Positions 1-9,870 of a DNA stretch of 64,000 bases are shown here, piece after piece. Origin of the DNA: Escherichia coli (GTDB taxonomy: Bacteria; Pseudomonadota; Gammaproteobacteria; Enterobacterales; Enterobacteriaceae); assembly GCF_030384885.1 (NCBI RefSeq), contig NZ_CP128613.1; one strand, given 5' to 3'. Positions within the stretch are counted from its first letter, which is position 1. Each line of letters opens with the position of its first letter. A model generated the notes under the pieces. It worked only from the letters and a program-made list of their open reading frames with translations. It was not told the DNA's origin and did not search any database. Both the position numbers and the translations under genes were made by a program.

Positions 1-603
1 ACCCAGGCCGATGCAGCAGAGCAAGGAGTTGTGATCAAGCCTGCACAAAATTCCACCGTTGCTGTTGCGTCGCAACCGACAATTACGTATTCTGAGTCTT
101 CGGGTGAACAGAGTGCTAACAAAATGTTGCCGAACAACAAGCCAACTGGGACCACGGTCACAGCGCCTGTAACGGTACCAACAGCAAGCACAACCGAGCC
201 GACTGTCAGCAGTACATCAACCAGTGCGCCTATCTCCACCTGGCGCTGGCCGACTGAGGGCAAAGTGATCGAAACCTTTGGTGCTTCTGAGGGGGGCAAC
301 AAGGGGATTGATATCGCAGGCAGCAAAGGACAGGCAATTATCGCGACCGCAGATGGCCGCGTTGTTTATGCCGGTAACGCGCTGCGCGGCTACGGTAATC
401 TGATTATCATCAAACATAATGATGATTACCTGAGTGCCTACGCCCATAACGACACAATGCTGGTCCGGGAACAACAAGAAGTGAAGGCGGGGCAAAAAAT
501 AGCAACCATGGGTAGCACCGGAACCAGTTCAACACGCTTGCATTTTGAAATTCGTTACAAGGGGAAATCCGTAAACCCGCTGCGTTATTTGCCGCAGCGA
601 TAA
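1..603 (+). CDS. nlpD: NlpD lipoprotein (LysM/M23 peptidase-like), C-terminal part; 5' end lies outside the window
   Basis: ORF runs to window edge; M23 peptidase-like C-terminus; immediately upstream of rpoS as in E. coli. Confidence 0.85.
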   Translation, partial: TQADAAEQGVVIKPAQNSTVAVASQPTITYSESSGEQSANKMLPNNKPTGTTVTAPVTVPTASTTEPTVSSTSTSAPISTWRWPTEGKVIETFGASEGGNKGIDIAGSKGQAIIATADGRVVYAGNALRGYGNLIIIKHNDDYLSAYAHNDTMLVREQQEVKAGQKIATMGSTGTSSTRLHFEIRYKGKSVNPLRYLPQR

Positions 604-665
604 ATCGGCGGAACCAGGCTTTTGCTTGAATGTTCCGTCAAGGGATCACGGGTAGGAGCCACCTT

Positions 666-1658
666 ATGAGTCAGAATACGCTGAAAGTTCATGATTTAAA
701 TGAAGATGCGGAATTTGATGAGAACGGAGTTGAGGTTTTTGACGAAAAGGCCTTAGTAGAAGAGGAACCCAGTGATAACGATTTGGCCGAAGAGGAACTG
801 TTATCGCAAGGGGCCACACAGCGTGTGTTGGACGCGACTCAGCTTTACCTTGGTGAGATTGGTTATTCACCACTGTTAACGGCCGAAGAAGAAGTTTATT
901 TTGCGCGTCGCGCACTGCGAGGAGATGTTGCCTCCCGCCGCCGGATGATCGAGAGTAACTTGCGTCTGGTGGTAAAAATTGCCCGCCGTTATGGCAATCG
1001 TGGTCTGGCTTTGCTGGATCTTATCGAAGAGGGCAACCTGGGGCTGATCCGCGCGGTAGAGAAGTTTGACCCGGAACGTGGTTTCCGCTTCTCAACATAC
1101 GCAACCTGGTGGATTCGCCAGACGATCGAACGGGCGATTATGAACCAAACCCGTACTATTCGTTTGCCGATTCACATCGTAAAGGAGCTGAACGTTTACC
1201 TGCGAACCGCACGTGAGTTGTCCCATAAGCTGGACCACGAACCAAGTGCGGAAGAGATCGCAGAGCAGCTGGATAAGCCAGTTGATGACGTCAGCCGTAT
1301 GCTTCGTCTTAACGAGCGCATTACCTCGGTAGACACCCCGCTGGGTGGAGATTCCGAAAAAGCGTTGCTGGACATCCTGGCCGATGAAAAAGAAAACGGC
1401 CCGGAAGACACCACGCAAGATGACGATATGAAACAAAGCATCGTCAAATGGCTGTTCGAACTGAACGCCAAGCAGCGTGAAGTGCTGGCACGTCGATTCG
1501 GTTTGCTGGGATACGAAGCGGCAACACTGGAAGATGTAGGTCGTGAAATTGGCCTCACCCGTGAACGTGTTCGCCAGATTCAGGTTGAAGGCCTGCGCCG
1601 TTTGCGCGAAATCCTGCAAACGCAGGGGCTGAATATCGAAGCGCTGTTCCGCGAATAA
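666..1658 (+). CDS. rpoS: RNA polymerase sigma factor RpoS (sigma-38), 330 aa, full length
   Basis: Protein begins [21 protein letters not shown], recognisable as RpoS; start taken at internal ATG of the longer track ORF (630..1658). Confidence 0.95.
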   Translation: MSQNTLKVHDLNEDAEFDENGVEVFDEKALVEEEPSDNDLAEEELLSQGATQRVLDATQLYLGEIGYSPLLTAEEEVYFARRALRGDVASRRRMIESNLRLVVKIARRYGNRGLALLDLIEEGNLGLIRAVEKFDPERGFRFSTYATWWIRQTIERAIMNQTRTIRLPIHIVKELNVYLRTARELSHKLDHEPSAEEIAEQLDKPVDDVSRMLRLNERITSVDTPLGGDSEKALLDILADEKENGPEDTTQDDDMKQSIVKWLFELNAKQREVLARRFGLLGYEAATLEDVGREIGLTRERVRQIQVEGLRRLREILQTQGLNIEALFRE

Positions 1659-1674
1659 GTAAGCATCTGTCAGA

Positions 1675-1708
1675 AAGGCCAGTCTCTTATGAGGCTGGCC
1701 TTTTTCTT
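1675..1708 (+). terminator. Rho-independent terminator after rpoS
   Basis: GC-rich hairpin ggccagtctc/gaggctggcc (1677..1700) followed by TTTTTCTTTT. Confidence 0.7.
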
Positions 1709-1778
1709 TTGTATGGGGAGTTGGTGTGTTTCGTCGCCTGGATAAGACACGTCAGCGTCCCATCCGGCAATCAACATC

Positions 1779-2186
1779 CTATTTGCTCATCATCTTGCGC
1801 ACCAGCTGCATAAACAGCTCCTGCTCTTCTCCACTCAAACGCCCCAAAAATTCCTCATCCACACTGTCGCCAATCGGTATCGCCGCAGCAAGTACCTTTT
1901 CTCCTTCGGCAGTCAGCCAGACAAAGCGTCGCCGCTTATCAGCGGTGTCATGTTCACGTCTGACTAAGCCACGATTTTCCATTCTTGCCAACATTTCTGC
2001 CAGCGTTGCTTTGGTGCTGACGGCTGCTTCCATCAGTGCCACCTGTTCGATACCAGGTTTATCAGCAATGGCGCGCATCACCGCGTACTGTGGTTTGGTC
2101 AGGTCAGGTAACTCGTGCTGCCAGCGGGCCGTATGCTGCTGAAAAAGCTGTCGTAACTGATGGAACGCTTTATTTCGTAACGCCAT
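1779..2186 (-). CDS. MarR/SlyA-family transcriptional regulator, 135 aa
   Basis: Size and winged-helix region typical of MarR family; divergent from the decarboxylase genes. Confidence 0.75.
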   Translation of the reverse strand: MALRNKAFHQLRQLFQQHTARWQHELPDLTKPQYAVMRAIADKPGIEQVALMEAAVSTKATLAEMLARMENRGLVRREHDTADKRRRFVWLTAEGEKVLAAAIPIGDSVDEEFLGRLSGEEQELFMQLVRKMMSK

Positions 2187-2301
2187 GTAAACTCCGGGCT
2201 AATTCTCTGTCGCTATCATAGCGGTTTTTCAGTGACGAAGAAGATGTTGTTACTTTTCAATCCTTGCCGCTGTGGAAATGAAGGAGTATGTTAATAATAA
2301 C

Positions 2302-2315
2302 GTTCGTATACGAAC
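2302..2315. promoter_or_regulatory. Perfect 14-bp palindrome GTTCGTATACGAAC, candidate MarR-type operator upstream of ecdB
   Basis: Read directly; lies 18 bp upstream of the ecdB ATG in the divergent intergenic region. Confidence 0.4.
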
Positions 2316-2332
2316 AATTAAGAGAGTAAGCA

Positions 2333-2926
2333 ATGAAACTGATCGTCGGGATGACAGGGGCTACCGGTGCGCCTCTTGGTGTGGCATTACTGCAAGCGCT
2401 GCGGGAGATGCCGAATGTCGAGACTCATCTGGTGATGTCGAAGTGGGCGAAAACCACTATTGAACTGGAAACGCCTTACAGCGCTCGCGATGTTGCCGCC
2501 CTCGCTGACTTCAGCCATAACCCGGCAGATCAGGCTGCGACCATCTCTTCCGGCTCCTTTCGTACCGACGGCATGATCGTTATTCCATGCAGTATGAAAA
2601 CGCTCGCCGGTATCCGCGCTGGTTACGCCGATGGTCTCGTAGGGCGCGCGGCGGACGTCGTGCTCAAAGAAGGCCGCAAACTGGTGCTGGTGCCGCGTGA
2701 AATGCCGCTTAGCACCATCCATCTCGAAAATATGCTCGCACTTTCGCGCATGGGCGTGGCGATGGTGCCGCCGATGCCTGCCTTTTATAACCATCCCGAA
2801 ACGGTAGATGACATTGTCCACCACGTGGTAGCCCGCGTGCTGGATCAATTTGGCCTCGAACATCCTCACGCCAGGCGCTGGCAAGGGTTGCCGCAGGCCC
2901 GGAATTTTTCTCAGGAGAATGAATAA
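2333..2926 (+). CDS. ecdB: UbiX-like flavin prenyltransferase (phenolic acid decarboxylase subunit B), 197 aa
   Basis: N-terminal MKLIVGMTGATGA flavoprotein motif and UbiX/Pad1 length; first gene of a B-C-D operon. Confidence 0.8.
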   Translation: MKLIVGMTGATGAPLGVALLQALREMPNVETHLVMSKWAKTTIELETPYSARDVAALADFSHNPADQAATISSGSFRTDGMIVIPCSMKTLAGIRAGYADGLVGRAADVVLKEGRKLVLVPREMPLSTIHLENMLALSRMGVAMVPPMPAFYNHPETVDDIVHHVVARVLDQFGLEHPHARRWQGLPQARNFSQENE

Positions 2927-4353
2927 TGGCATTTGATGATTTACGCAGCTTCTTACAGGCGCTTGATGACCACGGCCAGTTACTGAAAATCAGCGAAGAG
3001 GTGAACGCGGAACCGGATCTGGCAGCCGCTGCCAACGCCACCGGGCGTATCGGCGACGGCGCGCCCGCGCTGTGGTTTGATAATATTCGCGGCTTTATCG
3101 ATGCCCGCGTTGCAATGAACACCATCGGTTCTTGGCAGAACCACGCAATTTCTCTCGGTCTGCCGCCAAACACCCCGGTTAAAAAACAGATTGATGAGTT
3201 TATCCGCCGCTGGGATAACTTCCCGATAGCCCCGGAGCGCCGTGCGAATCCTGCCTGGGCGCAGAACACCGTCGATGGCGACGAGATCAATTTGTTCAAT
3301 ATCCTGCCGCTGTTTCGTTTAAACGATGGCGATGGCGGTTTCTATCTCGACAAAGCGTGCGTGGTTTCCCGCGATCCGCTCGATCCGGATAACTTCGGCA
3401 AGCAGAACGTCGGCATCTATCGCATGGAAGTGAAGGGTAAGCGTAAGCTCGGCCTGCAACCGGTGCCGATGCACGATATCGCCCTGCATCTGCATAAAGC
3501 GGAAGAACGTGGTGAAGATTTGCCAATTGCCATCACGCTGGGTAACGATCCGATCATCACCCTGATGGGCGCCACCCCGCTGAAATATGATCAATCGGAG
3601 TACGAAATGGCGGGCGCGCTACGCGAAAGCCCGTACCCGATCGCCACCGCCCCGCTGACCGGTTTTGATGTGCCGTGGGGTTCAGAAGTGATCCTCGAAG
3701 GGGTTATCGAAAGCCGCAAACGTGAAATCGAAGGGCCGTTCGGTGAGTTTACCGGGCACTACTCCGGTGGGCGCAACATGACCGTAGTGCGCATCGATAA
3801 AGTCTCTTACCGCACCAAACCGATTTTTGAATCGCTCTATCTCGGCATGCCGTGGACCGAAATCGACTACCTGATGGGGCCTGCCACCTGCGTGCCGCTT
3901 TACCAGCAGTTGAAAGCCGAGTTCCCGGAAGTGCAGGCGGTGAACGCTATGTACACCCACGGCCTGCTGGCGATTATCTCCACCAAAAAACGCTATGGCG
4001 GCTTTGCCCGCGCAGTGGGCCTGCGTGCGATGACCACGCCGCACGGTCTGGGTTATGTGAAGATGGTGATTATGGTCGATGAAGACGTTGACCCGTTCAA
4101 CCTGCCGCAGGTGATGTGGGCGCTCTCGTCGAAAGTGAACCCGGCAGGCGATCTGGTGCAACTGCCAAATATGTCCGTGCTGGAACTCGACCCAGGCTCA
4201 AGCCCGGCGGGGATCACCGATAAGCTGATTATCGACGCCACCACGCCTGTCGCCCCGGACAACCGTGGTCACTACAGCCAGCCGGTGGTGGACTTACCGG
4301 AAACCAAAGCCTGGGCTGAAAAACTGACCGCTATGCTGGCCGCACGTAAATAA
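2926..4353 (+). CDS. ecdC: UbiD-family phenolic acid (4-hydroxybenzoate/vanillate-type) decarboxylase subunit C, 475 aa
   Basis: UbiD-family size and sequence character; start overlaps ecdB stop (translational coupling). Confidence 0.8.
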   Translation: MAFDDLRSFLQALDDHGQLLKISEEVNAEPDLAAAANATGRIGDGAPALWFDNIRGFIDARVAMNTIGSWQNHAISLGLPPNTPVKKQIDEFIRRWDNFPIAPERRANPAWAQNTVDGDEINLFNILPLFRLNDGDGGFYLDKACVVSRDPLDPDNFGKQNVGIYRMEVKGKRKLGLQPVPMHDIALHLHKAEERGEDLPIAITLGNDPIITLMGATPLKYDQSEYEMAGALRESPYPIATAPLTGFDVPWGSEVILEGVIESRKREIEGPFGEFTGHYSGGRNMTVVRIDKVSYRTKPIFESLYLGMPWTEIDYLMGPATCVPLYQQLKAEFPEVQAVNAMYTHGLLAIISTKKRYGGFARAVGLRAMTTPHGLGYVKMVIMVDEDVDPFNLPQVMWALSSKVNPAGDLVQLPNMSVLELDPGSSPAGITDKLIIDATTPVAPDNRGHYSQPVVDLPETKAWAEKLTAMLAARK

Positions 4354-4363
4354 GGAGAACAAG

Positions 4364-4600
4364 ATGATTTGTCCACGTTGTGCCGATGAACAGATTGAAG
4401 TGATGGCGAAATCGCCGGTGAAAAATGTCTGGACGGTCTACCAGTGCCAGCATTGCCTTTATACATGGCGCGATACTGAACCGCTACGTCGCACCAGCCG
4501 CGAACATTATCCCGAAGCCTTCCGTATGACGCAGAAAGATATTGATGACGCACCGATGGTGCCGAGCATTCCGCCGCTGCTGGCGGAAGGTAAGCGCTAA
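4364..4600 (+). CDS. ecdD: Small decarboxylase subunit D (BsdD/YclD-like), 78 aa, Cys-rich
   Basis: Small ORF with CPRC ... CQHC motifs immediately after the UbiD gene, as in bsdBCD-type operons. Confidence 0.65.
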   Translation: MICPRCADEQIEVMAKSPVKNVWTVYQCQHCLYTWRDTEPLRRTSREHYPEAFRMTQKDIDDAPMVPSIPPLLAEGKR

Positions 4601-4602
4601 AT

Positions 4603-4631
4603 AAAAGGTCCGATGCCCATCGGACCTTTTT
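4603..4631. terminator. Bidirectional rho-independent terminator between convergent ecdD and ygbN
   Basis: Stem ggtccgat/atcggacc with loop gccc, flanked by AAAA and TTTTT. Confidence 0.7.
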
Positions 4632-4638
4632 ATTAAGG

Positions 4639-6003
4639 TCAAATTACCGCCCATACGCACCAGGTAATTAAGAATCCGGTAAAACCGAGAATGGTCGTTA
4701 ACACTGTCCAGGTTTTCAGACCGTCTGCTACCGACAACCCCAGATATTTGGTCACAATCCAGAACCCTGAGTCATTAATATGTGACGCGCCAAGCCCACC
4801 AAAGCAGGCTGCCAGCGTCACCAATACGCACTGAATCGGATTCAATCCCATCACAGCTTCTGAGAGTAACCCGCCGGTTGTCAGGATTGCTACGGTTGCT
4901 GACCCCTGCGATGCACGCAGCGCCAGTGAAATAATAAATGCGGCTGGTAACAGAGGCAGGTCAATCATTTGTAGCATGTTGGCAAGGGCTTTGCCGACGC
5001 CCGATTCCACCAGCACTTTGCCAAATACCCCTCCAGCACCAGTAACCAAAATCACTACCGCCGCAGTGGGAAGGGCTGAGCCCATAATGTCGCTGGTGTG
5101 TTGTAAGCTCCAGCCGCGACGTAAAGCCAATAACCAGAATGCCAGCACCAGCGCAATCATTAGAGCTACCATTGGTGAGCCGATCAGCTGTAGCGTACCA
5201 AGCAGGGGATGCGAAGGCGGCATCAGTGTTGCGGAAACCGTACCCGCCATGATAATCGCGATAGGAATAACAATTAGCGAGGTGACCAGCGCGACGCCCG
5301 GTGGATTTATTTTATCGCTTAATTTTGTCGCGCCTTCCTCACTGGCCGGAGCCAGTTGCATCTGTTCCAGTACTTCCACCGACATCGCATATTGGCGCTT
5401 ATTGATTATTTTCGCTGCAAAGTAGCCAACAATCCCTACGGGAATAGAAATCGCAATACCGATGATGGTTAGCCAGCCGATGTCTGCGTGGAGTAACCCC
5501 GCTGCGGCGACAGGGCCTGGATGCGGCGGTACCGCCACATGAACAGTTAGCATGATTCCAGCGACAGGCAGGCCAAATTTGAGTGGCGATATTTTGGCAA
5601 CCTTGGCAAAACCGTAAATGATTGGCGCAAGAATAATAAAGCCGACATCAAAGAAGACGGGAATACCGAGGAAGAACGCTGCCAGAGTCAGCGCAGCGAT
5701 AGTTCGTTTGTCACCTAACTTGCGACTGAAATAATTAGCCAGTGACTCTGCACCACCAGAGTGTTCGATCATACGCCCCAGCATAGCGCCCAGACCAATA
5801 ATAATAGTGACGGAACCAAGCACACCGCCCATCCCGGCGATCATCACTTTACCCACTTCGCCCGCCGGTATACCCGCCGCAAGTGCGACTAACAGGCTGA
5901 CGAGGAGCAGAGCAACGAATGGTTGTACCTTTGCCTTGATGACCAGCAGCAACAGCATGATTACGCCAGTTAACGCAATGCATAACAATGTAATTGTGGA
6001 CAT
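4639..6003 (-). CDS. ygbN: GntP-family permease (putative threonate/tetronate transporter), 454 aa
   Basis: Polytopic membrane protein of GntP type; position and length match ygbN. Confidence 0.85.
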   Translation of the reverse strand: MSTITLLCIALTGVIMLLLLVIKAKVQPFVALLLVSLLVALAAGIPAGEVGKVMIAGMGGVLGSVTIIIGLGAMLGRMIEHSGGAESLANYFSRKLGDKRTIAALTLAAFFLGIPVFFDVGFIILAPIIYGFAKVAKISPLKFGLPVAGIMLTVHVAVPPHPGPVAAAGLLHADIGWLTIIGIAISIPVGIVGYFAAKIINKRQYAMSVEVLEQMQLAPASEEGATKLSDKINPPGVALVTSLIVIPIAIIMAGTVSATLMPPSHPLLGTLQLIGSPMVALMIALVLAFWLLALRRGWSLQHTSDIMGSALPTAAVVILVTGAGGVFGKVLVESGVGKALANMLQMIDLPLLPAAFIISLALRASQGSATVAILTTGGLLSEAVMGLNPIQCVLVTLAACFGGLGASHINDSGFWIVTKYLGLSVADGLKTWTVLTTILGFTGFLITWCVWAVI

Positions 6004-6091
6004 GGGAAACCCTGTCTGAAAGTTATAGTTAACCTACCCCATCCGTAGATGGGGGGATGTATGGGTACGTTGTAATTAGGGATTTAACGAA

Positions 6092-6868
6092 TTAGCGCCA
6101 GGCGTCAAACCAGCCAAGCCCTTCTTCGGTGAGGCCACGAGGTTTATATTCACAACCGATCCAGCCCTGATATCCCACCTCATCGAACAGGCGGAACAGC
6201 CACGGATAGTTGATTTCTCCATCGTCCGGTTCATGTCGATCAGGTAGTCCGGCAATTTGTACGTGCGCATATTTCCCGGCGTAATCGCGGATTAAATGTG
6301 TCAGGTTGCCATCTACTTTTTGCGCATGGAAAGTATCTAGTTGAATAAACACGTTATCTCGCGCAACCTCTTCAACAATAGCCAGTGCCTGATACTGGCT
6401 GGAGAAGAGATAATGAGGCTTAACGCCGGGGCTGAGTGCTTCAACCAATATTCGCTTGCCGTGTGGCGCAAAGCGGTCGGCAGCGTAGCGGAGATTATCA
6501 ATAAATACTGCCCGGTACCGTTCAGCATCTTCGCCAGCGGGCACGACGCCTGCCATCACATGGACTTGTTCACAATTGAGCGCCAATGCATATTCCAGTG
6601 CCAGGTCGATGTCTGCGCGTGCTTCGTGCTCACGTCCAGGAAGGGCGGATAATCCCCATTCTCCCGCATTAATATCTCCGGGAGCGGTATTGAACAGCGC
6701 CAGTGTCAGATGGTTTTGCACCAGTTGCTTTTGGATTTGCAGGGGGGAGTAGTCATAGGGAAACAGAAATTCCACAGCATCGAACCCGGCTTTTCGCGCT
6801 GCGGCGAAGCGTTCAATAAAAGGCACTTCGGTGAACATCATGGATAAATTAGCTGCAAAACGAGGCAT
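6092..6868 (-). CDS. ygbM: Hydroxypyruvate-isomerase-like TIM-barrel enzyme (2-oxo-tetronate isomerase), 258 aa
   Basis: Xylose-isomerase-like fold protein in the ygbJKLMN operon position. Confidence 0.85.
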   Translation of the reverse strand: MPRFAANLSMMFTEVPFIERFAAARKAGFDAVEFLFPYDYSPLQIQKQLVQNHLTLALFNTAPGDINAGEWGLSALPGREHEARADIDLALEYALALNCEQVHVMAGVVPAGEDAERYRAVFIDNLRYAADRFAPHGKRILVEALSPGVKPHYLFSSQYQALAIVEEVARDNVFIQLDTFHAQKVDGNLTHLIRDYAGKYAHVQIAGLPDRHEPDDGEINYPWLFRLFDEVGYQGWIGCEYKPRGLTEEGLGWFDAWR

Positions 6869-6872
6869 TGCA

Positions 6873-7511
6873 TTAACTCCTTAATTCCGCAATTTCACCT
6901 GCGGTCAGATAACGGATCGGGCGGTCACCGAGAATAAAAATCAGCTTTGCCGTTTCCTCCAGCTCTTCCATATTGTTGGCGGCTTCTTGCAGGCTTTCAC
7001 CGCAAACCACTGGGCCATGATTTGCCAGTAAAAAAGCCTGATTGTCTGCTGCCAGTTCCGCCAGATCCTGTGCGATGCGTTTATCGCCCGGTCGGTAATA
7101 GGGCACCAGCGGGACATTACCCATCCGCATCACCACGTATGGTGTGAACGGCCGAATAACGTTATTGCTGTCCAGCCCTTCCAGGCAGGAAAGCGCCGTC
7201 GACCACGTACTGTGCAAATGCACTACCGCTTTACAGCGCGGATTGTTGCGATACAGCGCCAGATGAAAGAGCACCTCTTTCGAGGGTTTGTCACCACTTA
7301 ACCATTCGCCATCCACGGCGACTTTGGAAAGCCGCTGCGGATCGAGATTGCCCAGGCATGAACCTGTCGGTGTCGCCAGTAAATTCCCATCAGGTAAAAG
7401 CAGCGACAGATTGCCAGCCGAACCGGTTGCATAGCCGCGCTGAAAGAATGAACTGGCAATCCGCGTCATCTCCTCTCGCAAAGACTGCTCTACTTTTGCG
7501 AAATCGCTCAT
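6873..7511 (-). CDS. ygbL: Class II aldolase/adducin-family protein (3-oxo-tetronate 4-phosphate decarboxylase), 212 aa
   Basis: Class II aldolase-like sequence; operon position. Confidence 0.85.
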   Translation of the reverse strand: MSDFAKVEQSLREEMTRIASSFFQRGYATGSAGNLSLLLPDGNLLATPTGSCLGNLDPQRLSKVAVDGEWLSGDKPSKEVLFHLALYRNNPRCKAVVHLHSTWSTALSCLEGLDSNNVIRPFTPYVVMRMGNVPLVPYYRPGDKRIAQDLAELAADNQAFLLANHGPVVCGESLQEAANNMEELEETAKLIFILGDRPIRYLTAGEIAELRS

Positions 7512-8770
7512 GATAAAAACTCTCTTTGGGCTCGTGAAAAAAAGGCTTCATCACCGAAGTTGCCAGATTTAAGGGCGAGTGAGACAGGCTTATCCAGTGC
7601 GTTTACCCACGGCACGCCGGGGGAAATGGTTGGGCCAATATGAAACCCTTTTATTCCCAGGCTCTGTGTGACTACGCCGGAGGTCTCACCGCCTGCGACA
7701 ATAAAGCGTGTCACGCCTTCCGCTGCTAACTGCGCCGCTAGTTGAGAAAACAGTGTTTCTACTGCCTGACTGGCTTTTTGTGCACCGTATTGCTGTTGAA
7801 TTGCTGCCAATGCGTCAGTGCTGGCGGTGGCAAAAACCAGTGGAGCAAGTACACTTTCCTGGCCCAGAACCCACTCTGCCAGCTCGTGTGCATAAGCGGC
7901 CAGAGTTTCAATTGAGAGGCAGCGTGCAACATCAACTTCACGGGCTGGTGCAATTTGACGGTAATGTGCCACCTGGCGGTTGGTCATTTGAGAGCATGAA
8001 CCGGAGAGCACTACGCCGCGCCCTGCGAGCGGACGCCCTGCTTCGCGAGCCTGGTTACCATTTTCTTGCGCCCACTGCCGGGCCAGGCCAATTGCCAGAC
8101 CAGAACCGCCCGTTACCAGTGGGGCATCGCGCAAGGCTTCCCCCTGAATTTCCAGATGGTGTTCGGTCAGCGCATCAAGCACCGCGTAGCGATAGCCCTC
8201 TTGCTGTAAGCGAGCCAGCTCCTGACGAACGGCTTTCACACCTTGTTCGAAAACATGTGCTGAAACGACGCCGCAGCGCCCTGTGGATTGCGCTTCAACC
8301 AGACGGGGAAGATAGCTGTCGGTCATGGGATTTACCGGGTGATGGCGCATCCCGGATTCGGCCAGCAGTTGATTCATTACGAACAAATACCCCTGATAAA
8401 CCGTACGTCCGTTGACCGGCAGGGCCGGAGAGAAGACCGTAAACGGCGTGTCGAGAGCATCCATTAATGCATCGGTAACCGGGCCGATATTACCTTTCGC
8501 CGTACTGTCGAAAGTAGAGCAGTATTTGAAATAGATCTGTTTGCAACCTTGCTGTTGCAACCAGCTCAGAGCCGCCAGCGATTGCTGTGTGGCTTCAACC
8601 ACCGGACAGGAGCGCGTTTTCAGGCTGATCACCAGTGCGTCGATTGCTTCCGGCATTTTACCTGTTGGAACACCGTTAATTTGTACCGTTGGTAGACCGT
8701 TTTCCACCAGAAAACTGGCGATATCCGTCGCGCCGGTAAAATCATCGGCGATAACGCCAATCTTGATCAT
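7508..8770 (-). CDS. ygbK: Four-carbon acid sugar kinase (3-oxo-tetronate kinase), 420 aa as read
   Basis: N-terminal IADDFTGATD motif typical of this kinase family; start not verified against K-12 length. Confidence 0.8.
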   Translation of the reverse strand: MIKIGVIADDFTGATDIASFLVENGLPTVQINGVPTGKMPEAIDALVISLKTRSCPVVEATQQSLAALSWLQQQGCKQIYFKYCSTFDSTAKGNIGPVTDALMDALDTPFTVFSPALPVNGRTVYQGYLFVMNQLLAESGMRHHPVNPMTDSYLPRLVEAQSTGRCGVVSAHVFEQGVKAVRQELARLQQEGYRYAVLDALTEHHLEIQGEALRDAPLVTGGSGLAIGLARQWAQENGNQAREAGRPLAGRGVVLSGSCSQMTNRQVAHYRQIAPAREVDVARCLSIETLAAYAHELAEWVLGQESVLAPLVFATASTDALAAIQQQYGAQKASQAVETLFSQLAAQLAAEGVTRFIVAGGETSGVVTQSLGIKGFHIGPTISPGVPWVNALDKPVSLALKSGNFGDEAFFSRAQREFLS

Positions 8771-9675
8771 GATTTCGCTCCCGGTAGAGTGATGCCAGAG
8801 AAAATCTTGATAACTGCGCTATCGTCTTCTTTCCCGTAACCCGCGTTACTGGCGCTGGTGAACATATTCAATGCTGTTGAGGCCAATGGCAGCGGAAAGT
8901 GCAGGGCTTTGGCTGTATCGGCAACCAGACCAAGATCCTTAACAAAAATATCGACGGCTGAATGCGGGGTGTAATCGCCATCCACCACATGACGCATCCG
9001 GTTTTCGAACATCCAGGAATTTCCGGCGGCATTGGTCACGACGTCATACATCACATCCAGCGGGATCCCCGCACGGGCTGCAAGTGCCATCGCTTCGGCT
9101 CCGGCAGCAATATGTACGCCCGCTAACAACTGGTGAATAATTTTTACGGTCGAACCTAGTCCCGGTTCTGCACCTATGCGATAAACTTTTCCGGCAACGG
9201 CTTCCAGCACGGGTGCCAGTCGTTCAAAGGCAATATCGCTACCGGAGGCCATGACAGTCATTTCACCGTTAGCGGCTTTTACTGCACCACCAGAAACTGG
9301 CGCATCCAGCATTTCCAGATCGAATCCAGCCAGAGCGGTAGCAATTTCTTGCGCATCAGCACTGGCGATAGTGGAAGAAACCATTACTGCCGTACCGGGT
9401 TTCAGATGTTGTGCAACGCCTGTTTCACCAAACAGCACCTGTTTAACCTGGGCCGCATTGACCACCAGCACCAGCAGAGCGTCCAGTTTTTCGGCAAACG
9501 TCGCGGCGTTATCAGAAACCCCGCAAGCACCTGCCTCTTTCAACGTAGCGCAGGCATTGCTGTTTAGGTCTGCGCCCCAGGTAGAAAGACCTGCGCGGAC
9601 ACATGACAGTGCTGCTCCCATTCCCATTGACCCTAAGCCAACGATACCGACATGAAACTCAGATCCCGTTTTCAT
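8767..9675 (-). CDS. ygbJ: NAD-dependent 3-hydroxyisobutyrate-dehydrogenase-like enzyme (L-threonate dehydrogenase), 302 aa
   Basis: N-terminal GxxGxxG Rossmann motif (VGIVGLGSMG); operon position. Confidence 0.85.
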   Translation of the reverse strand: MKTGSEFHVGIVGLGSMGMGAALSCVRAGLSTWGADLNSNACATLKEAGACGVSDNAATFAEKLDALLVLVVNAAQVKQVLFGETGVAQHLKPGTAVMVSSTIASADAQEIATALAGFDLEMLDAPVSGGAVKAANGEMTVMASGSDIAFERLAPVLEAVAGKVYRIGAEPGLGSTVKIIHQLLAGVHIAAGAEAMALAARAGIPLDVMYDVVTNAAGNSWMFENRMRHVVDGDYTPHSAVDIFVKDLGLVADTAKALHFPLPLASTALNMFTSASNAGYGKEDDSAVIKIFSGITLPGAKS

Positions 9676-9870
9676 CTGCTCTCCTTGTTAATTTAAGTGA
9701 TATTTTGTTTGATAATGTGAATATAAGCGCTGGAAGATAACGATATGGTGAGCTGATTCACAAAAATTAACATTGTGTGTTATTTTATGTGAACTAAGCG
9801 TTAGTTGCGCCGCGCACGTTTCGCAGGCAAATAGCGTAGAATGTCAGCAGGACAAAGGAAGGAGCAAAAG

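Noticed and set aside
7708-8415. 235-aa ORF on the plus strand
   Set aside because: Antisense to ygbK; Pro/Arg-rich translation typical of a spurious frame.
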